The notes beneath the pieces were generated by a model, which had not been told where the DNA came from, did no database searches, and was given only the letters and a program-made list of their open reading frames with translations. A stretch of DNA of 64,000 nucleotides from Balanoglossus misakiensis. Lineage: Eukaryota > Animalia > Hemichordata. The DNA is taken from positions 18,140,303-18,204,302 of the forward strand of contig CM082577.2 in the NCBI GenBank assembly GCA_040954595.2, in the 5' to 3' direction. Positions 1 through 13,630 of the stretch are shown here, piece after piece (position 1 is the first letter of the stretch; each line of letters opens with the position of its first letter). The position numbers were made by a program, and so were the translations under genes.

Positions 1-833
1 CAGTCAGTCAGGTAGTATGTAGGTAGCTCGATCCGTTTATATATACAAATGATCTTCATCATGACTATGTTATCACTATATGGGAGCAAAATTTTACAAA
101 TGAACAAAACTATCAGTGTACAGTCATTTGGTAATGATAACCAAAGATTTGCGTAAAAACATAGAAGTAACTAACTCATGCAGGTAATAAGGATAAATAT
201 GCACGTACTTGTTAGCCCTCTCATTCCAATTGTGTTATGGACAGCAGCAACATTTTCAAATGTGCTGTCATTAAAGTGCAATCTATGGGACACAGTCGTT
301 AATGGAATGACTAAATCCTCGTGGGCACAAACTCTGTGTTTTATTGAGAAATATCTCAGGGTTATAGTGATATCTATATGTAGCAGTAGCAGCTAGAAGT
401 GCTGGCAGAATCATATAACTTAAACATTCATCGAAAAGAGACATTGTAAGTGGCCATGTAAGCTTATGTTGCCAGTGGCCGTGCTACTGAGCTATATGCT
501 ACACTGTTGTGGATAGTGTACAGATCTGTCTATCTGGGAGTAAATTTAATTGATTGATAGGCAAACTGGCCATACATGTTGTAAATCCGTCCCTGGTATT
601 CTCATTTCTAAACCTGCAGTAATTATTGGAAAATAACTCGTGCTTCTAAAACAGCTGTGGCCAAATACAGAAAGAAATCATTTTTAAGAATTCAGTAAAT
701 TGATTTGGGCATATCTGTTTAAATGTACCTACAATTAAAGCTGTATTATATTCTTTATGGTTTACCATGGATAGCAACTGGGAAGAGTAAATGAGATAGT
801 GCGAAACAGTCTTGTCGAAAGAAGCTTGCCTAA

Positions 834-1636
834 GGCTGCATTCACAAACACCTCTGGAGGGGGGGGGCAGGAGAATTGAGGGGGGGGGATTTGAAAAAAT
901 TGAGGGTATGTAAGGGGGGGGATTTGAAATAATTTAGGGACTGAAAGGGGGGGACTTGAAAACTTTAACGACTAAATATTTATTTTGAGTCCACAAAAAT
1001 GCAGTTTCGCGCCCTTTATTTTACAAAATTTTCTAATGTGGGAGGGGGACACCCGCTCCCACACCCACCCCCTCCATTCATCAACACCTTTCAATCATTG
1101 ACTGGTTTATCTAGTGTACCAGATCAGGGGACTTGCCCCACCCCATGATAACTTTGAGCGGCGACGGTTAAATTTGTCCTCCCCAACATACCGGTAGTTG
1201 AGTTAATTTGCTTTTGCCGGGTTCATTAAAATGCAACTTTGAGCTCTGTATTTTAGAAAATTTTCTTACGTGGGAGGGGGACACCCCCTCCCAAACCCAC
1301 CCCCTTCAATTCTCGGTTTACAATGTCTCCCAACACAGAATACAAATATATGTACTTAAAAAATAAAAACAATGTTCAGTTTTAATACCCACTGATGAGG
1401 GGAAACATCAGCTTCAAATTCTTTTCATGGGAGCGCTGTTTTTCTTTTTACAAGATAGATAGGTGATGTGTTTTGCTCTGTGAAAGAAAATGGGGGGGGG
1501 GATTTCAAAATTTTGGCAGTTCGGAAGGGGGGGATTTGAAAATATTGGCAGTTCGGAAGGGGGGCGTGTGAAAATTAGCGGTAAAAAAAATTGAATTCTC
1601 CCGCCCCCCCCTCCAGAGGTGTTTGTGAATGCAGCC
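834..1636. mobile_element. PIF/Harbinger-type MITE (non-autonomous DNA transposon)
   Basis: TIRs GGCTGCATTCACAAACACCTCTGGAGGGGGGG (from 834) and CCCCCCCTCCAGAGGTGTTTGTGAATGCAGCC (to 1636). TAA flanks both sides (831-833, 1637-1639). No ORF; G-run-rich subterminal repeats. Confidence 0.85.
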
Positions 1637-4600
1637 TAACAACTACATTTCGAAAATCATTTAATTTGTCGACATAAACATGTTTCAACGTAGCTCCTAG
1701 TTCAGCCTAACCATTACCTTACATATCAAAATATCAACCGAAGAATAACCTCATTTCGATTGAGAAGATTTGCTTTGAAGCAGGTTTTTGTTCCCCCAGC
1801 AATTGGTAGTGATCAGCAAAAAGTAATTACAATTCAAAACAAAATTGGAAATATCGTGGAATACCACGTCTGTGGAAAACGTACAATACCTTGCGTGAAC
1901 ACGTGTCATATCAGATGTTATCATATTTAATTTCACGCTTATTCATACTTGTTTGTTGGTGAAATATTGTAAAATCTTTACGTTGTCGGCGCATTTTATC
2001 ACCATTGAACTTATTCAAAGCAATGTTATGGCGAAAGTTACGCAACACCGTCGACAGTAGAGTAACTAACACCATCGGCAATACCCATTGACCATTGAAT
2101 TGCAAGTTTAAAATAAAGCTACAAGCAGCGTTGGCGGGGCACAAGCGGTTCCCATGGTAACCAGCAAATGCCAAGGCTGTATCTGCTGCGGATACCAACA
2201 TATGGAAAAGTAGGTCAAAGGTCACCTGAGGTCATCCTAAATTTTGGCAAAAAGATCGGACCCCATACTAGTCTAGGTCCAATAAAAACCAGACCCCTAG
2301 CCCTATTGGTTCGCCTATAATTAGGTATGCGCATAATTAATGAGGTCTTGTGTAAGACTCCATTATGTGCTCAATCCCCCAAAAGCCAGGGCTCTAACTG
2401 CTGTGGATGCTTAGATATGTGAAAGTAGATCAAAGGTCACCCAAGGTCATCCAAAATTTGGGCATAAATTTTTGACCCCATAGTGGGCCATGTCCAACAA
2501 AAACCAGACCTCTAGCTCTATTGGTTAGCCTGGAATTAGATATGCAGAAAAATGATGTTTCAGAAATAGGTCATTGCCAAAATTACCAAAATATTTGTGT
2601 CATGTCCTGGCAGCAATGGTACCCATGTCACCAAATTCATGACTGTGGTGCTTTTACAAGAGCAGGTATGGGGAATATGCATATATAATTAGTTGTTTTA
2701 AAACTGGGTGAAAGGTCATGTGAAAATTGCCCCAAAAAATTGTGACAAGTTCCGGTCATATGATGACTCATATCCAAGAAAAGAATTTCTGTGCTGTCAA
2801 TATTTAGGCTAGAAATCAGAATTTTCATTTTTCATCGGGTTTCAGGAAATCCAATATGGCCGCCATAATGATCAACCAATCACAACGCGGTTCGCAAACT
2901 TAATAGACACGGGTTAGGTGACCACATACTCCAAATCCCGTGAATCGGTAGTTGCTGGTTCTGAAAGAGAAGATTTTTTAAGTTTTCATGAGTTTTTTCG
3001 AAAATTCAAAATGGCGGCCAAAGTTACGTGACCGCTCAGGATTTTATTGTTAAACTTTGAAGGGTAGAGGACATGTATACTACACACCAAATTTGAACCT
3101 GATAGGCCTTGTAGTTTTTGAGAAGTCGTTTAAAGGTTTTCAGAAAATCCAATATGGCCGCCAGGTCACGTGACTAATTAAATATTCACGAGCCACTGCA
3201 AGTCTACTTATTGGCCCCTATCACCCTACCAAGTTTCAGCCCCGTGGTTGCTGCGGTTTTCCAGATTCACCTGGCCGAAAATCTCGGAAGAAGAAGTTGG
3301 AACAATAAAGAAGAATTAAAGCTGCAAGCAGCATTGTCGGGGTCCAAGTGCTGATCTGGAATTATATATGCACATTATGAATGAGAAGAAAATAAATCAG
3401 GCGTTTTATCTCTTGAAATAACAAGGATGTATGTATTTTTGGTGCTGATATAGATTAAAGTAGGTCAAAGGTCACCAGAGGTCACCCAACATTTGGGCAA
3501 AAAATGTTGATCCCATACTGGTCCATGTCCAACAAAAACCAAACCTCTAGCTCTATTGGTTTGCCTGTTATAAGCTATGCACATAATTAATGAGGTCAGC
3601 AGAGGTCAAAGGGGTCATGAAAAGTAGCAAAATATTTTGATCACACACTGATCCACATGCATCAAAAACCAAACGTCTAGCCCTATAGGTTAGCCTGGAA
3701 ATAGATATGCAGAAATTATGTGTGAAAAGTAGGTCAAAGGTCATGTGAAAAATCGCCAAAAATTTGTAGCATATTGTAGTCATATAATGATTGATATCCA
3801 TGAAAAGAATTTGTATGCTATCAATTTTTAGACTAGGAAAAGGAATTTCAATTTTTCAATGCTTTTTACAAAATCCTATATGGCCGCCATAATCTTCGAC
3901 CAATCACAATGCTCTTTGCAAACTTGATAGACATCAGTGTAGTGACCATACTCCCCAAATCTTGCGACTCAGTTATTGCCTGTTCCGGAGAAGAAGATTT
4001 GTGGAGTTTTACTATGGTTTTTCGAAAATCCAATATGGCCGCCATAATCTTCGACCAATCACAATGATCTTCGCAAACTTGATAGACATCAGTTAGGTGA
4101 TCTCATACCCCAAACCCCGTGTCTCGTTTATCACCGGTTCTGGAGAAGAAGATTTTTGAAATTTAAGCCAGATTTCAGAAGAAAAAAAAATTGTAGCAAA
4201 AAAACTGCAACTTTGACAGCATAATTTCCAATTACAAAAATGATGGGCAGAAGGTAGTCTACCAGCACGCCAATTTTGAAGTCGATCTGAAGTGTAGTTT
4301 CTGAGATCTGAGATTTGCATTTTTGCAGAAAATCCAATATGGCCGCCAGGTCATGTGACTTATTAAAAATTCAAGGGTTCAATGCACGACTACTCATTGA
4401 CATTGACCACTGTAGCAAGTTTGAGAAGTGTACCAGCAGCGGTGTCTGAGATCTAGAGCGACAAAGAATTGACACAAGAATAAAGAAAGAATTAAAGCTG
4501 CAAGCAGCATTGTCGGGCCCAAGCGCTGATCCGGTATTATATATGCACAGTATGAATGAGAAGAAACAGAATGCTCCATCGGGTGTTTTATCTCATGACA

Positions 4601-6622
4601 TATATGTATTTTTGCTGCTGAAATAGAGTAAAGTAGGTCAAAGGTCACCTCAGGTCACCCAACATTTGGGCCAATTTTTTGACCCAATCTGGTCCATGTC
4701 CAACAAAAACCAAAACTCTAGCTCTATTGGTTCCCCTGTAATTAGGTATGTGCATATTTCATGAGGTCAGCTGGTGTCACAAGTGACCCAAAAATGTGGC
4801 TTTACATTTTGGTCCCATCCTGCCAAATGCCAAGGCTGTATCTGCTCTGGATGATGAGGTATGCGAAAGTAGGTCAAAGGTCACCAGAGGTCACCCAACA
4901 TTTAGGCAAAATATTTTGATCCCATGCTGGTCCATGTCCAACATAAACCAAACCTCTAGCTCTATTGGTTCGCCTGTAATTAGCTATGTACATAATTAAT
5001 GAGGTCAGCAGAGGTCAAAGGGGTCATGAAAAGTAGCAAAATATTACGATCACACACTTATCCACATGCATCAAAAACCAAACGTCTAGCTCTATAGGTT
5101 AGTCTGGAATTAGATATGCAGGAATAATAACGCGTGAAAAGTAGGTCAAAGGTCATGTGAAAAATCGCCAAAAATTTGTAACATATTTTAGTCACATGAC
5201 GATTGATATCCATAAAAAGAATTTGTATGCTATCAATTTTTAGACTAGAAAAAGGAATGTCAATTTTTCACTGCTTTTTACAAAATCCAATATGGCCGCC
5301 ATAATCTTCGACCAATCACAATGCTCTTTGCAAACTTGATAGACACCAGTGTAATGACCATACTCCCCGAATCTTGCGACTCAGTTATCGCCCGTTCTGG
5401 AGAAGAAGATTTTTGGAGTTTTACTATGGTTTTTCGAAAATCCAATATGGCCGCCATAATCTTCGACCAATCACAATGATCTTCGCAAACTTGATAGACA
5501 TCAGTTAGGTGACCACATGCCCCAAACCTTGTGTCTCGGTTATCACCGGTTCTGGAGAAGAAGATTTTTGGAATTTAAGCCAGTTTTCAGAAAAAAAATT
5601 GTAGCAAAAAAACTGCAACATTGACAGCAAAATATCCAATTACAAAAATGATGGGTAAAAGGAAGACTATCTGCACACCAAATTTGAAGACAATCTGACT
5701 TGTAGTTTCTGAGATCTGAGATTTGCATTTTTTTCAGAAAATCCAATATGGCCGCCAGGTCATGTGACTAATTAAAAATTCACAGGTTCAGTGCACGACT
5801 ACTCATTGACCCTGACAACTGTAGCAAGTTTGAGAAGTATACCTGCAGCGGTGTCTGAGATCTAGAGCATTAAAAAATGGACAGGAGAATAAAAAAAGAA
5901 AGAAAGAAAGAATTAAAGCTGCAAGCAGCATTGTCGGGGCCCAAGCTCTATTATCTGATCTGATTATTAGATATGCACATAATTAATGAGTAGAAACATA
6001 ATGCTGTGTTTTATCCCATGAAATATCAAGGTTATATCTATGTTTGGTGCTGATATAGTGTTAAACATCAAATGTCACCCAGAGGTCACCCACAATTTTG
6101 GCAGAAAATTTTGACCCATAGTGGTCCATGTCCAACAAAAACCAGACCTCTAGCCCTTTTGGTTAGCCCGGAATTAGGTATGCACTTAAATAATGAGTTA
6201 AGCAGGTGTCACAGGTGACCCAAAACTTTGGCTTTTCATTATGGCCCCATACCTCCAAACGCCAAGGCTGTATCTGCTGTGGATGTCGAGATATGCAAAA
6301 GTGGGTGAAAGGTCACCCAACATTTGGGCAAAATATTTTGACCCCATACTTTTCCATGTATAACAAAAACAAAACCTCTAGGTCTACTGGTTCATCATTA
6401 ATTAGGTATGTGCATATTTAATAAGGTCAGCAGAGGTCAAAGGGGTCATGAAAAGTACCAAAATTTTTTGATCACATACAAATCAACATACATCAAAAAC
6501 CAAACTTATAGCCCTATTGGTTAGCCTGGAATTAGATATGCACAAAAATGATGCGTCAAAAGTAGGTCAAAGGTCATTGCCAAAATTACCAAAATATTTA
6601 TAGCTTACTCTTGGCATATGAT

Positions 6623-9600
6623 TATGAAAGCCCGTTAGGGACATTTCGTAAAGGAAAAATTTTTTTTTTATCTCGTGAGCACGAGATACTAAGTCGTGAG
6701 CACGAGATACTAAGTCGTGAGCACGAGATACTAAGTCGTGCCTACGAGATACTAAGTCGTGCGCACGAGATAATTATCTCGTGCTCACGAAAAATTTCGC
6801 ATGTTATTGCAATGAACCTAAGGAGTCAAAAGCTTAACTGATCAATGCGGGAGGTTACGTGGCCAGACAGTTTTATTATTATGTATGTCACATTCAATGT
6901 CACCAGAAAGTCACTGCTAAATTTCAGACTAAGTGCTTTCCAGATCTGAGTCTCGAGCATTTCATCTCAATGTTTTGAAGAGCGGGTAATAGTTCTAAAT
7001 TTTGCTTTGCTTTGAGTTATACACTTATTAAACACTGAAACGGGTATTGGCTACGTCGCCAAATTTAGAGTTGCAGCGAATCTTTTTGGAGCCAGAAATA
7101 TCAGCTTATCACTTGCTTAAACATAAAAGATCGAAACATATGTATTCATGTCAGCGTTCCGGGCATTGTGTTTCACTCCACCGTCAATGTTTAAGAATAG
7201 CAAAATATAATAGACTTCCAGTGCTATATAATAACTGCTAACTGCATCATAGTACCGCTTCCGATCATAAGACCCCCAAACGTTTTTTGCTTGATTTGTA
7301 ATGTGTAATACATTCCTGTATCAACTCACAGGAATACACCTTATTTTAATTCTGACAAAAGAATTTGAAATGTAGGATTGTCACTCCTTTGAATTTTTTG
7401 TGAAGAACATGCTGGTTACGACGTCGCTAACGACATATTTTATTGATAGATATATGATGAAGTAGCTGGGCGCTTTCTTGGACAATTAGAAGACCATGTT
7501 GAAGACATTTCATCCATCTGTATTTATGTATAGCCAACCGGTTGATAGCTTAGGTATGATATATCGTCGGTGGCATCTGACTGGTGTTTTCGTCTGTACA
7601 ATGCATTCTTGTACAATATTCTCTTTAAATTTCACAAGCTCAGAATAAAATCGTGATATTTGCTTTCAAAGCCAACATTTCACAGTAGTTGGAACCCATG
7701 TTGAAATATAAAGGAATGGCTTCTTTCCTTTCATAATGAAAGTGAAAATCACCAAGCATCAGCAATAAAGTGTATGAAACTTCATAGTTAATAATGCCAG
7801 TGCTAAAATTACACATTCAAATAAGCATACAATTCCTGGTTGGAATGCTCTAGTCAAAGATTATTATGACAAAGCTCGCACTGATTTCTTAATCTGGAAG
7901 GATAATGGCTCCCCTAAATTTGGTCCCTTCTTTGAACTTATGCGCAGGTCCAGAGCTCAATTTAAAAGGCAATTAGCAAATTGTAAGAAGGCAGAAAAAG
8001 AAATGCACGCAAATGCCCTGGCTGTAAAATTAAAGAAAGACTCCAAGGCGTACTGGAAAGATGTCAGTAAACGTAAAGGCATTTCAATATCTCCTTCATC
8101 TATTGATGGTCATACAGTTGATGTTGAAGTGGTTAATATGTGGAAAGACCATTACGAGAATATTTTGACAAAAACTGGAAAAGAGTCCGCACCTGCTTTT
8201 ATGAACATTGAGTACTGTGATGATATGATTGTACACCATGAAGAAATTTGTGAATTAATTGAGAACCTTAAGGCAGGTGCATCGTCGGGTGTCACTTGTA
8301 CACCTGAAGTATGCGCCATACAGAGTCAGTGTTCTACTTTCCCTCTGTTTCACGGCTATTTTAATTCATGGCATTGTTCCCAAACAATTGATGACTACGG
8401 TTTTAGTTCCCATTCCAAAAAAACCCAGGTGGTGACATTTGTGACAAATCTAACTACCGTCCTGTTGCTGTTGCAACAACGATATCTAAACTGTTAGAGA
8501 GAGTTTGGTTAAATCGCTGCATGAATTGTTTAACGACTAGCGAGCACCAGTTTGGATTTAAACCAGGCCATGGTACCGATATGTCAATTTTTGTTCTTAA
8601 AGAAATTTTGAATAATTACAAGCGTTGTAACACTCCTGTTTTTGTCACCTTTATGGACGCATCCAAAGCTTTTGATTATGTTCGTCACGATATTCTCTTT
8701 GTAAAACATTTGGCGAGGGGTGTCAATCCTTATCTCATTAAGATTTTGTCGTACATGTATAGGCACCAAGATTTTGTGGTGAGATGGAATGGGTTATTTG
8801 AACCTTTTCACTAAAATAATGGGGTTAAACAGGGTGCAATTACGTCACCTATATTTTTCACAGTTTACTTTGATGATATCAGCAAAAATCTTTCCGCTCT
8901 TCCGTATGGCTGACTTGTAGGGGACTATAAGGTTAATCATTTAATTTACGCCGATGATTTAGTTATTATATCTACTGGAGCCTATGGCCAGCAGATGCTT
9001 GTTGATACATGTGGTCATTATGGCAGCAATAATTCAATTTTCTTTAATGAGAAAAAAACAGTATGTATGTTAATTCAACCAAGTATGCGCAGGCTCAGAC
9101 ACGTTCCAATTTATCTGAACGGCCGAATGCTGAATTATGTCAATGTTTGTAAATATCTTGGTCACCTTATCACTTGTGACCTTAGGGATAATGAGGACAT
9201 TCTAGCTCAAACTCGACAATTTTATGTTCGCGGTAATGCTATTATTCATGATTTTAAATGTGCGTCTATCTCTGTTAAATGTCATTTGTTTTCTGTATTT
9301 TGTGATATCCCGTATTGCTCTTACTTATGGAGTAATTTTTCTGTGTGTATTTTTAATGCAGTTAGGAGAGCTTACTCCCGGGTTTTCCGTAAATTGTCTG
9401 GTTTTAAACATTCTTTTATTCAGAGCAACAGTGCGATGTTTGTTAATCTTTCTATTTTAACTTTTGATGAAATACTCCGGAAAAAATCATTCAGCTATTT
9501 AAGCAGACTCCACCTCTCAAGTAATCCAATTGTAGCCAGTGTTTTATCACTGTCAGTGTTCTCAAATAGTGGACTTTGGAAGGTTTGGAGTAGATGATTG

Positions 9601-10460
9601 TTTTGATGTTTTTATGGTGTTGAGTTTTGTTATGGATTATTTTATATGTTCTTCACAAAAAATCCAAAGGAATGACAATCCTACACTTCAAATTCTTTTG
9701 TCGGGATTAAAATAAGGTGTATTCCTGTGAGTTGATACAGGAATGTATTACACATTACAAATCAAGCAAAAAACGTTTGGGGGTCTTATGATCGGAAGCG
9801 GTACTATGATGCAGTTAGCAGTTATTATATAGCACTGGAATTCTAGTATATTTTGTTATTCCTAAACATTGACGGTGGAGTGAAACACATTGCCCGGAAC
9901 GCTGACATGAATACATATGTTTCGATCTTTTATGTTTAAGCGAGTGATAAGCTGCTATTTCTTGCTCCAAAAAGATTCGCTGCAACTCTAAATTTGGCGA
10001 CGTAGCCAATACCCGTTTCAGTGTTTAATAAGTGTATAACTCAAAGCAAAGCAAAATTTAGAACTATTACCCACCCTTCAAAACATTGTGATGAAATGCT
10101 TGAGACTCAGATCTGGAAAGCCCTTAGTTTGAAATTTAGCAGTGACTTTCTGGTGACATTGAATGTGACATACATAATAATAAAACTGTCTGGCCACGTA
10201 ACCTCCCGCATTGATCAGTTAAGCTTTTGACTCCTTAGGTTCATTGCAATAACATGCGAAATTATTTCGTGAGCACGAGATAATTATCTCGTGCGCACGA
10301 CTTAGAATCTCGTGCTCACGACTTAGTATCTCGTGCGCACGACTTAGTATCTCGTGCGCACGACTTAGTATCTCGTGCTCACGACTTAGTATCTCGTGCT
10401 CACGACTTAGTATCTCGTGCTCACGACTTAGTATCTTGTGCTCACGAGATAAAAACATTT
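6623..10460. mobile_element. Foldback-like DNA transposon derivative with ~750-bp inverted arms (IS3EU-like left end), inserted in a HINE unit
   Basis: 6661-7410 is the reverse complement of ~9646-10460 with scattered substitutions. The arms carry 21-bp tandem units TCGTGAGCACGAGATACTAAG (5 left, 8 right). The left end TATGAAAGCCCGTTAGGGAC resembles TAYGG termini. The right tip is missing, so no TSD is visible. Confidence 0.75.
7790..9645 (+). pseudogene. Degenerate non-LTR retrotransposon ORF2 (RT and C-terminus), CR1/L2 group
   Basis: Translated motifs PGWN...W...G.P..G...ELMRRSRAQFK, NYRPVA, QFGFKPGHGT, FMDASKAFDYV, GVKQG, LIYADDLV, KYLGH across ORFs 7940-8497, 8521-8814, 8995-9597; frameshifts and stops. 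Confidence 0.9.
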
Positions 10461-12764
10461 TTTTTTGCTTTGCATTTTTGCTAGAAAGGGAATTTTTACA
10501 TTTTAATCGTTTTTCACAAAATCCAATATGGCCGCCATACTCTTCGACCAATCACATTCCTCTTCGCAAACTTGATAGACATCTTGAGAAGAAGATTTTT
10601 GAAATTTTACTAGGGTTTTTCGAAAATCCAATATGGCCACCATAATCTTCGACCAATCACAATGATCTTCGCAAACTTGATGGACCTCAGTTTGGTCACC
10701 ACATACCCCAAACCGCGTGACTCGGTTATCGCCAGTTCTGGAGAAGAAGATTTTTGAAATTTTGACCAGATTTCAGAAAAACAACTGTAGCAAAAAAACT
10801 GCAACATTGACAGCAAAATATCCAATTACAAAAATGATGGGCAGAAGGTACACTACCAGCACACCAAATCTGAAGTAAATCTGACTTGTAGTTTCTGAGA
10901 TCTGAGATTTGCATTTTTCCAGAAAATCCAATATGGCCGCCAGGTCACGTGACTAATTAAAAATTCAAGAGTTCAATGCACGACTACCCATTGACCTTGA
11001 CCACTGTAGCAAGTTTGAGAAGTGTACCTGCAGCGGTGTCTGAGATCTAGAGCGACAAAGAAATGACACAAGAATAAAGAAAGAATTAAAGCTGCAAGCA
11101 GCATTGTCGGGCCCAAGCGCTGATCTTGAATTATATATGCACAGTATGAATGAGAAAAAACAGAATTTTCTATCGTATGTATTATCTCATGGCATAACAA
11201 GGATGTGTGTATTTTGCTGCTGAAATAGGGTGAAGTAGGTGAAAGGTCACCTAAGGTCACCCAACATTTGGGCAAAAAATTTTGATCCCACACTGGTCCA
11301 TGTCCAACAAAAAACAAAACTCTAGCTCTATTGGTTCGCCTGTAATTAGGTATGTGCATATTTAATGAGGTCAGCAGGTGTCACAGGTGACTCAAAAATG
11401 TGGCTTTACATTTTGGTCCCATCCTACCAAATGCCATGGCTGTATCTGCTCTGGATGCTGAGATATGCGAAAGTAGGTCAAAGGTCACCAGAGGTCACGC
11501 AACATTTGGGCAAAAAATTTTGATCTCATACTGGTCTGTGTCCAACAAAAACCAAACCTCTAGCTCTATTGGTTCGCCTGTAATTAGCTATGCACATAAT
11601 AAATGAGGTCAGCAGAGGTCAAAGGGGTCATGAAAAGTAGCAAAATATTTTGATCACACACTAATCCACATTCATCAAAAACCAAACGTCTAGCCCTATA
11701 GGTTAGCCTGGAATTAGATATGCAGAAATACTAACGCGTGATAAGTAGGTCAAAGGTCATGTGAAAAATCGCCGAAAAATTGTAACATATTTTAGTCACA
11801 TGACGATTGATATCCATGAAAAGAATTTGTATGCTATCAATTTTTAGACTAGAAAAAGGAATTTCAATTTTTCACTGCTTTTTACAAAATCCAATATGGC
11901 CGCCATAATCTTCGACCAATCACAATGCTCTTTGCAAACTTGATAGACATCAGTGTAGTGACCATACTCCCCGAATCTTGCGACTCAGTCATCGCCCGTT
12001 CTGGAGAAGAAGATTTTTGGAGTTTAACTATGGTTTTTCTAAAATCCAATATGGCCGCCATAATCTTCGACCAATCACAATGATCTTCGCAAACTTGATA
12101 GACATCAGTTAGGTGACCACATACCCCAAACCCCGTGTCTCGGTTATCACTGGTTCTGGAGAAGAAGATTTTTGAAATTTAAGCCAGATTTCAGAAAAAA
12201 AATTGTAGCAAAAAAACTGCAACATTGACAGCAAAATTTCCAATTACAAAAATGATGGGTAGAAGGTAGTCTACCTGCATGCCAAATTTGAAGTCGATCT
12301 GACTTGTAGTTTCTGAGATCTGAGATTTGAATTTTTTCAGAAAATCCAATATGGCCGCCAGGTCACGTGACTAATTAATTATTCACAAGTCACTGCACAT
12401 CTACTCATTGACCTTGACCACTGTAGCAAGTTTGAGAAGTGTACCTGCAGTAGTTTCAGAGATCTCGTTGGCCGAAGAAATTGACACAAGAAAAAAGAAA
12501 GAAAGAAATATAGCTGCAAGCAGCGATGACGGGCCCAAGCTTAAGCCGAAGGTCAAAGGTCATAAGAGGTCACCCGAAATTTGGGCAAGAAATTTTGACC
12601 CCCATACTGGTCCGTGTCCCACAAGAACAAAATCTCTAGCCCTATTGGTTCGCCTACAATTAGGTATGCGCATAATTAATGAGATAAAGTGTAAGGCTCC
12701 ATCAGGAGTTCCATCCCTCCAAATGCCAAGGCTGTATCTGCTGTGGATGCCGAGATATGGTAAA

Positions 12765-13630
12765 GTAGGTCAAAGGTCACCTGAGGTCACCCAAAATTTG
12801 GGCAAAAAATTTTGACCCCATACTGGTCCATGGTCAGCATAAATCAAACCTCTAGCCCTATTGCTTAGCCTGGAATTAGGTATGCACATAATTAATGAGA
12901 TAAGCAGGTGTCACAGGTGACCCCAATTTTGGCTTTTCAATTTTAGTCCCAACCCTCCAAACGCCAAGTCTGTACCTGCTCTGGATGCGGAGATATAGGA
13001 AAGTAGGTCAAAGGTCACCTGAGGTCACCCAAAATTTGGGCAAGAAATTTTGACCCTATACTGGTCCATGTCCTACAAGAACGAAACCTCTAGCCCTCTT
13101 AGTTAGCCCAGAATTAGGTATGCACATAATTAATGAGATAAGCAGGTGTCACAGGTGACCCCAATTTTGGCTTTTCAATTTTAGTCCCAACCCTCCAAAC
13201 GCCAAGTCTGTACCTGCTCTGGATGCGGAGATATAGGAAAGTAGGTCAAAGGTCACCTGAGGTCACCCAAAATTTGGGCAAGAAATTTTGACCCTATACT
13301 GGTCCATGTCCTACAAGAACGAAACCTCTAGCCCTCTTAGTTAACCCAGAATTAGGTATGCACATAATTAATGAGTTAAGCAGGTGTTACAGGTGACCCC
13401 CATTTTGGCTTTTCAATTTTAGTCCCAACCCTCCAAACGCCAAGTCTGTACCTGCTCTGGATGCGGAGATATGGGAAAGTAGGTCAAAGGTCACCTGAGG
13501 TCACCCAAAATTTGGGCAAGAAATTTTGACCCTATACTGGTCCATGTCCCACAAGAACGAAACCTCTAGCCCTCTTAGTTAGCCCAGAATTAGGTATGCA
13601 CATAATTAATGAGTTAGGCAGGTGTTACAG
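12765..13630 (+). repeat. 238-bp tandem repeat (~3.6 copies) inside the innermost HINE
   Basis: GTAGGTCAAAGGTCACCTGAGG recurs at 12765, 13003, 13241 and 13479. Confidence 0.9.

Noticed and set aside
1392-1411. Hammerhead core CTGATGAG...GAAAC
   Set aside because: There is no stem II or cleavage-site pairing; it is a simple CTGATG/CATCAG hairpin inside a MITE.
10219-10551. REHEILS heptad-repeat protein (also 6611-6841)
   Set aside because: It is the translation of the 21-bp subterminal transposon repeats.
3568-12815. Recurrent 60-135 aa ORFs (MQISDLRNY..., MALHFGPIL...) suggesting a gene family
   Set aside because: They are chance ORFs in repeated non-coding HINE modules, and their frames are not preserved between copies.
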